The position numbers were made by a program, and so were the translations under genes. Below the pieces are notes generated by a model, which did no database searches, was not told the DNA's origin, and saw nothing but the letters and a program-made list of their open reading frames with translations. From the IMG/VR virus record IMGVR_UViG_3300002092_000174, positions 1-25,996 of that record: a stretch of DNA of 25,996 bases; one strand, 5' to 3'. Numbering within the stretch: position 1 is the stretch's first letter; each line of letters begins with the position of its first letter. This DNA comes from a virus. Its lineage: Duplodnaviria > Caudoviricetes. Shown piece after piece: positions 25,166 through 25,996 of this stretch.

Positions 25166-25240
25166 ATCTGGGTGATCCGCTTTTACCACCACTGCCCCAG
25201 CAGACGATGCAACGATCGGTAAAAGCTCTTTTGCATAAGG
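25166..25240 (+). ncRNA. structured RNA downstream of capsid gene, candidate Mu-gpT-DE motif
   Basis: CTGGG/CCCAG and ATGCAA/TTGCAT stems whose loops pair through GCTTTTACC/GGTAAAAGC; location matches the defining context of Mu-gpT-DE. Confidence 0.6.
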
Positions 25241-25247
25241 AATTTTC

Positions 25248-25970
25248 ATGGCACGCGCAACCTTTGAAGGCCCAATCCTATCGGGCGACTCACGTTTTGG
25301 ACCACTTCGTAACGTTGGTTACGCAGACTTGGCTCAAGAAGCAAGCATTGTTTTAACAAACGTAACTAACAACACTGCTGGATACGGCGGAGTTTCTGGT
25401 CAATTTGTTAACGGAAACGGCATTCCTAACTCCAATGCAGTTGTTTACACACCCTCTTCTTCTACCTACCCACCTGTTGCAGCAACAATCACTGCTGATG
25501 CTGGTACGGGCGGTACAGGTACTTTGTACCGTGGCGTGGTGTTCTATGTGCCTTACGGCTCAAACATCAATGATTTCTTATTGGATACCAACGTAGCAAT
25601 TACTGCTAGTGGCGGAACAATTGGAACCGTGACTGCTAAGATTGGTAACGCATTTAACGACACTACTTACGCAAACGTCACATCGATGAACGCCGCAACA
25701 GGTCGCAATACCGTTGCTCAAACTGGCGCTCAATTGTTGTCTTGCAACTCAACTACTGGCGATATCACAATCTCTCCAACACAAGGTTCTAGCCAGTACT
25801 CAAACCTGATGTCTCAAATTGTAGTTACTTTGACTATTCCTTACACAGCTGGTACAGGAACCACGTTGCCAACGATCACTGCAGGTACATTTACTTTTGC
25901 AGTTCGTTACACACAACTTGATGCCAACATCGGCAACAGCACAACTTACCCATACGGTAACTTTGACTAA
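25248..25970 (+). CDS. virion structural protein
   Basis: 240 aa Thr/Gly-rich, MARATFEGP N-terminus typical of post-capsid genes; AAGGA RBS. Confidence 0.75.
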   Translation: MARATFEGPILSGDSRFGPLRNVGYADLAQEASIVLTNVTNNTAGYGGVSGQFVNGNGIPNSNAVVYTPSSSTYPPVAATITADAGTGGTGTLYRGVVFYVPYGSNINDFLLDTNVAITASGGTIGTVTAKIGNAFNDTTYANVTSMNAATGRNTVAQTGAQLLSCNSTTGDITISPTQGSSQYSNLMSQIVVTLTIPYTAGTGTTLPTITAGTFTFAVRYTQLDANIGNSTTYPYGNFD

Positions 25971-25978
25971 TCAGTCCT

Positions 25979-25994
25979 AGGGGCTTCGGCCCCT
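25979..25994 (+). terminator. terminator-like hairpin (truncated by window end)
   Basis: AGGGGC-TTCG-GCCCCT. Confidence 0.6.
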
Positions 25995-25996
25995 TG

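Noticed and set aside
16388-25596. Minus-strand and alternate-frame ORFs across the right arm (e.g. 24636..25163, 21053..21592, 24979..25356)
   Set aside because: Overlap clear structural genes; explained by codon bias and Gln-rich coding

Overview
A 26 kb piece of a tailed dsDNA phage genome (Caudoviricetes) with two divergent arms. The left arm (1-15.6 kb, minus strand) carries early and replication genes: a family A DNA polymerase with Leu at the 762-equivalent position, an NrdR-type Zn ribbon, a DUF3310 protein, a VRR-NUC nuclease, a MoxR-type AAA+ ATPase with a metallopeptidase-VWA partner, and many hypotheticals. The right arm (16.1-26 kb, plus strand) carries packaging and head genes: TerS, TerL, an inserted gene, portal, a GroES-like co-chaperonin, scaffold, a decoration-type protein and a Mu-gpT-like major capsid protein. 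The most unusual part is the non-coding architecture at about 11.4-16 kb. It holds three copies of a conserved ~85 bp composite element, each just downstream of a terminator, that delimit cassettes carrying two paralogous unknown proteins. It also holds most copies of a seven-copy palindromic box (TCCAY-N6-RTGG), two identical 33 bp promoter/operator units, and an AT-rich origin-like region with 13 GTTCTA/TAGAAC hexamers. Other notable features are a gene flanked by a perfect 17 bp direct repeat between TerL and portal, and a kissing-loop RNA structure downstream of the capsid gene that resembles the Mu-gpT-DE motif. All protein calls come from motif recognition by eye; no database search was run.
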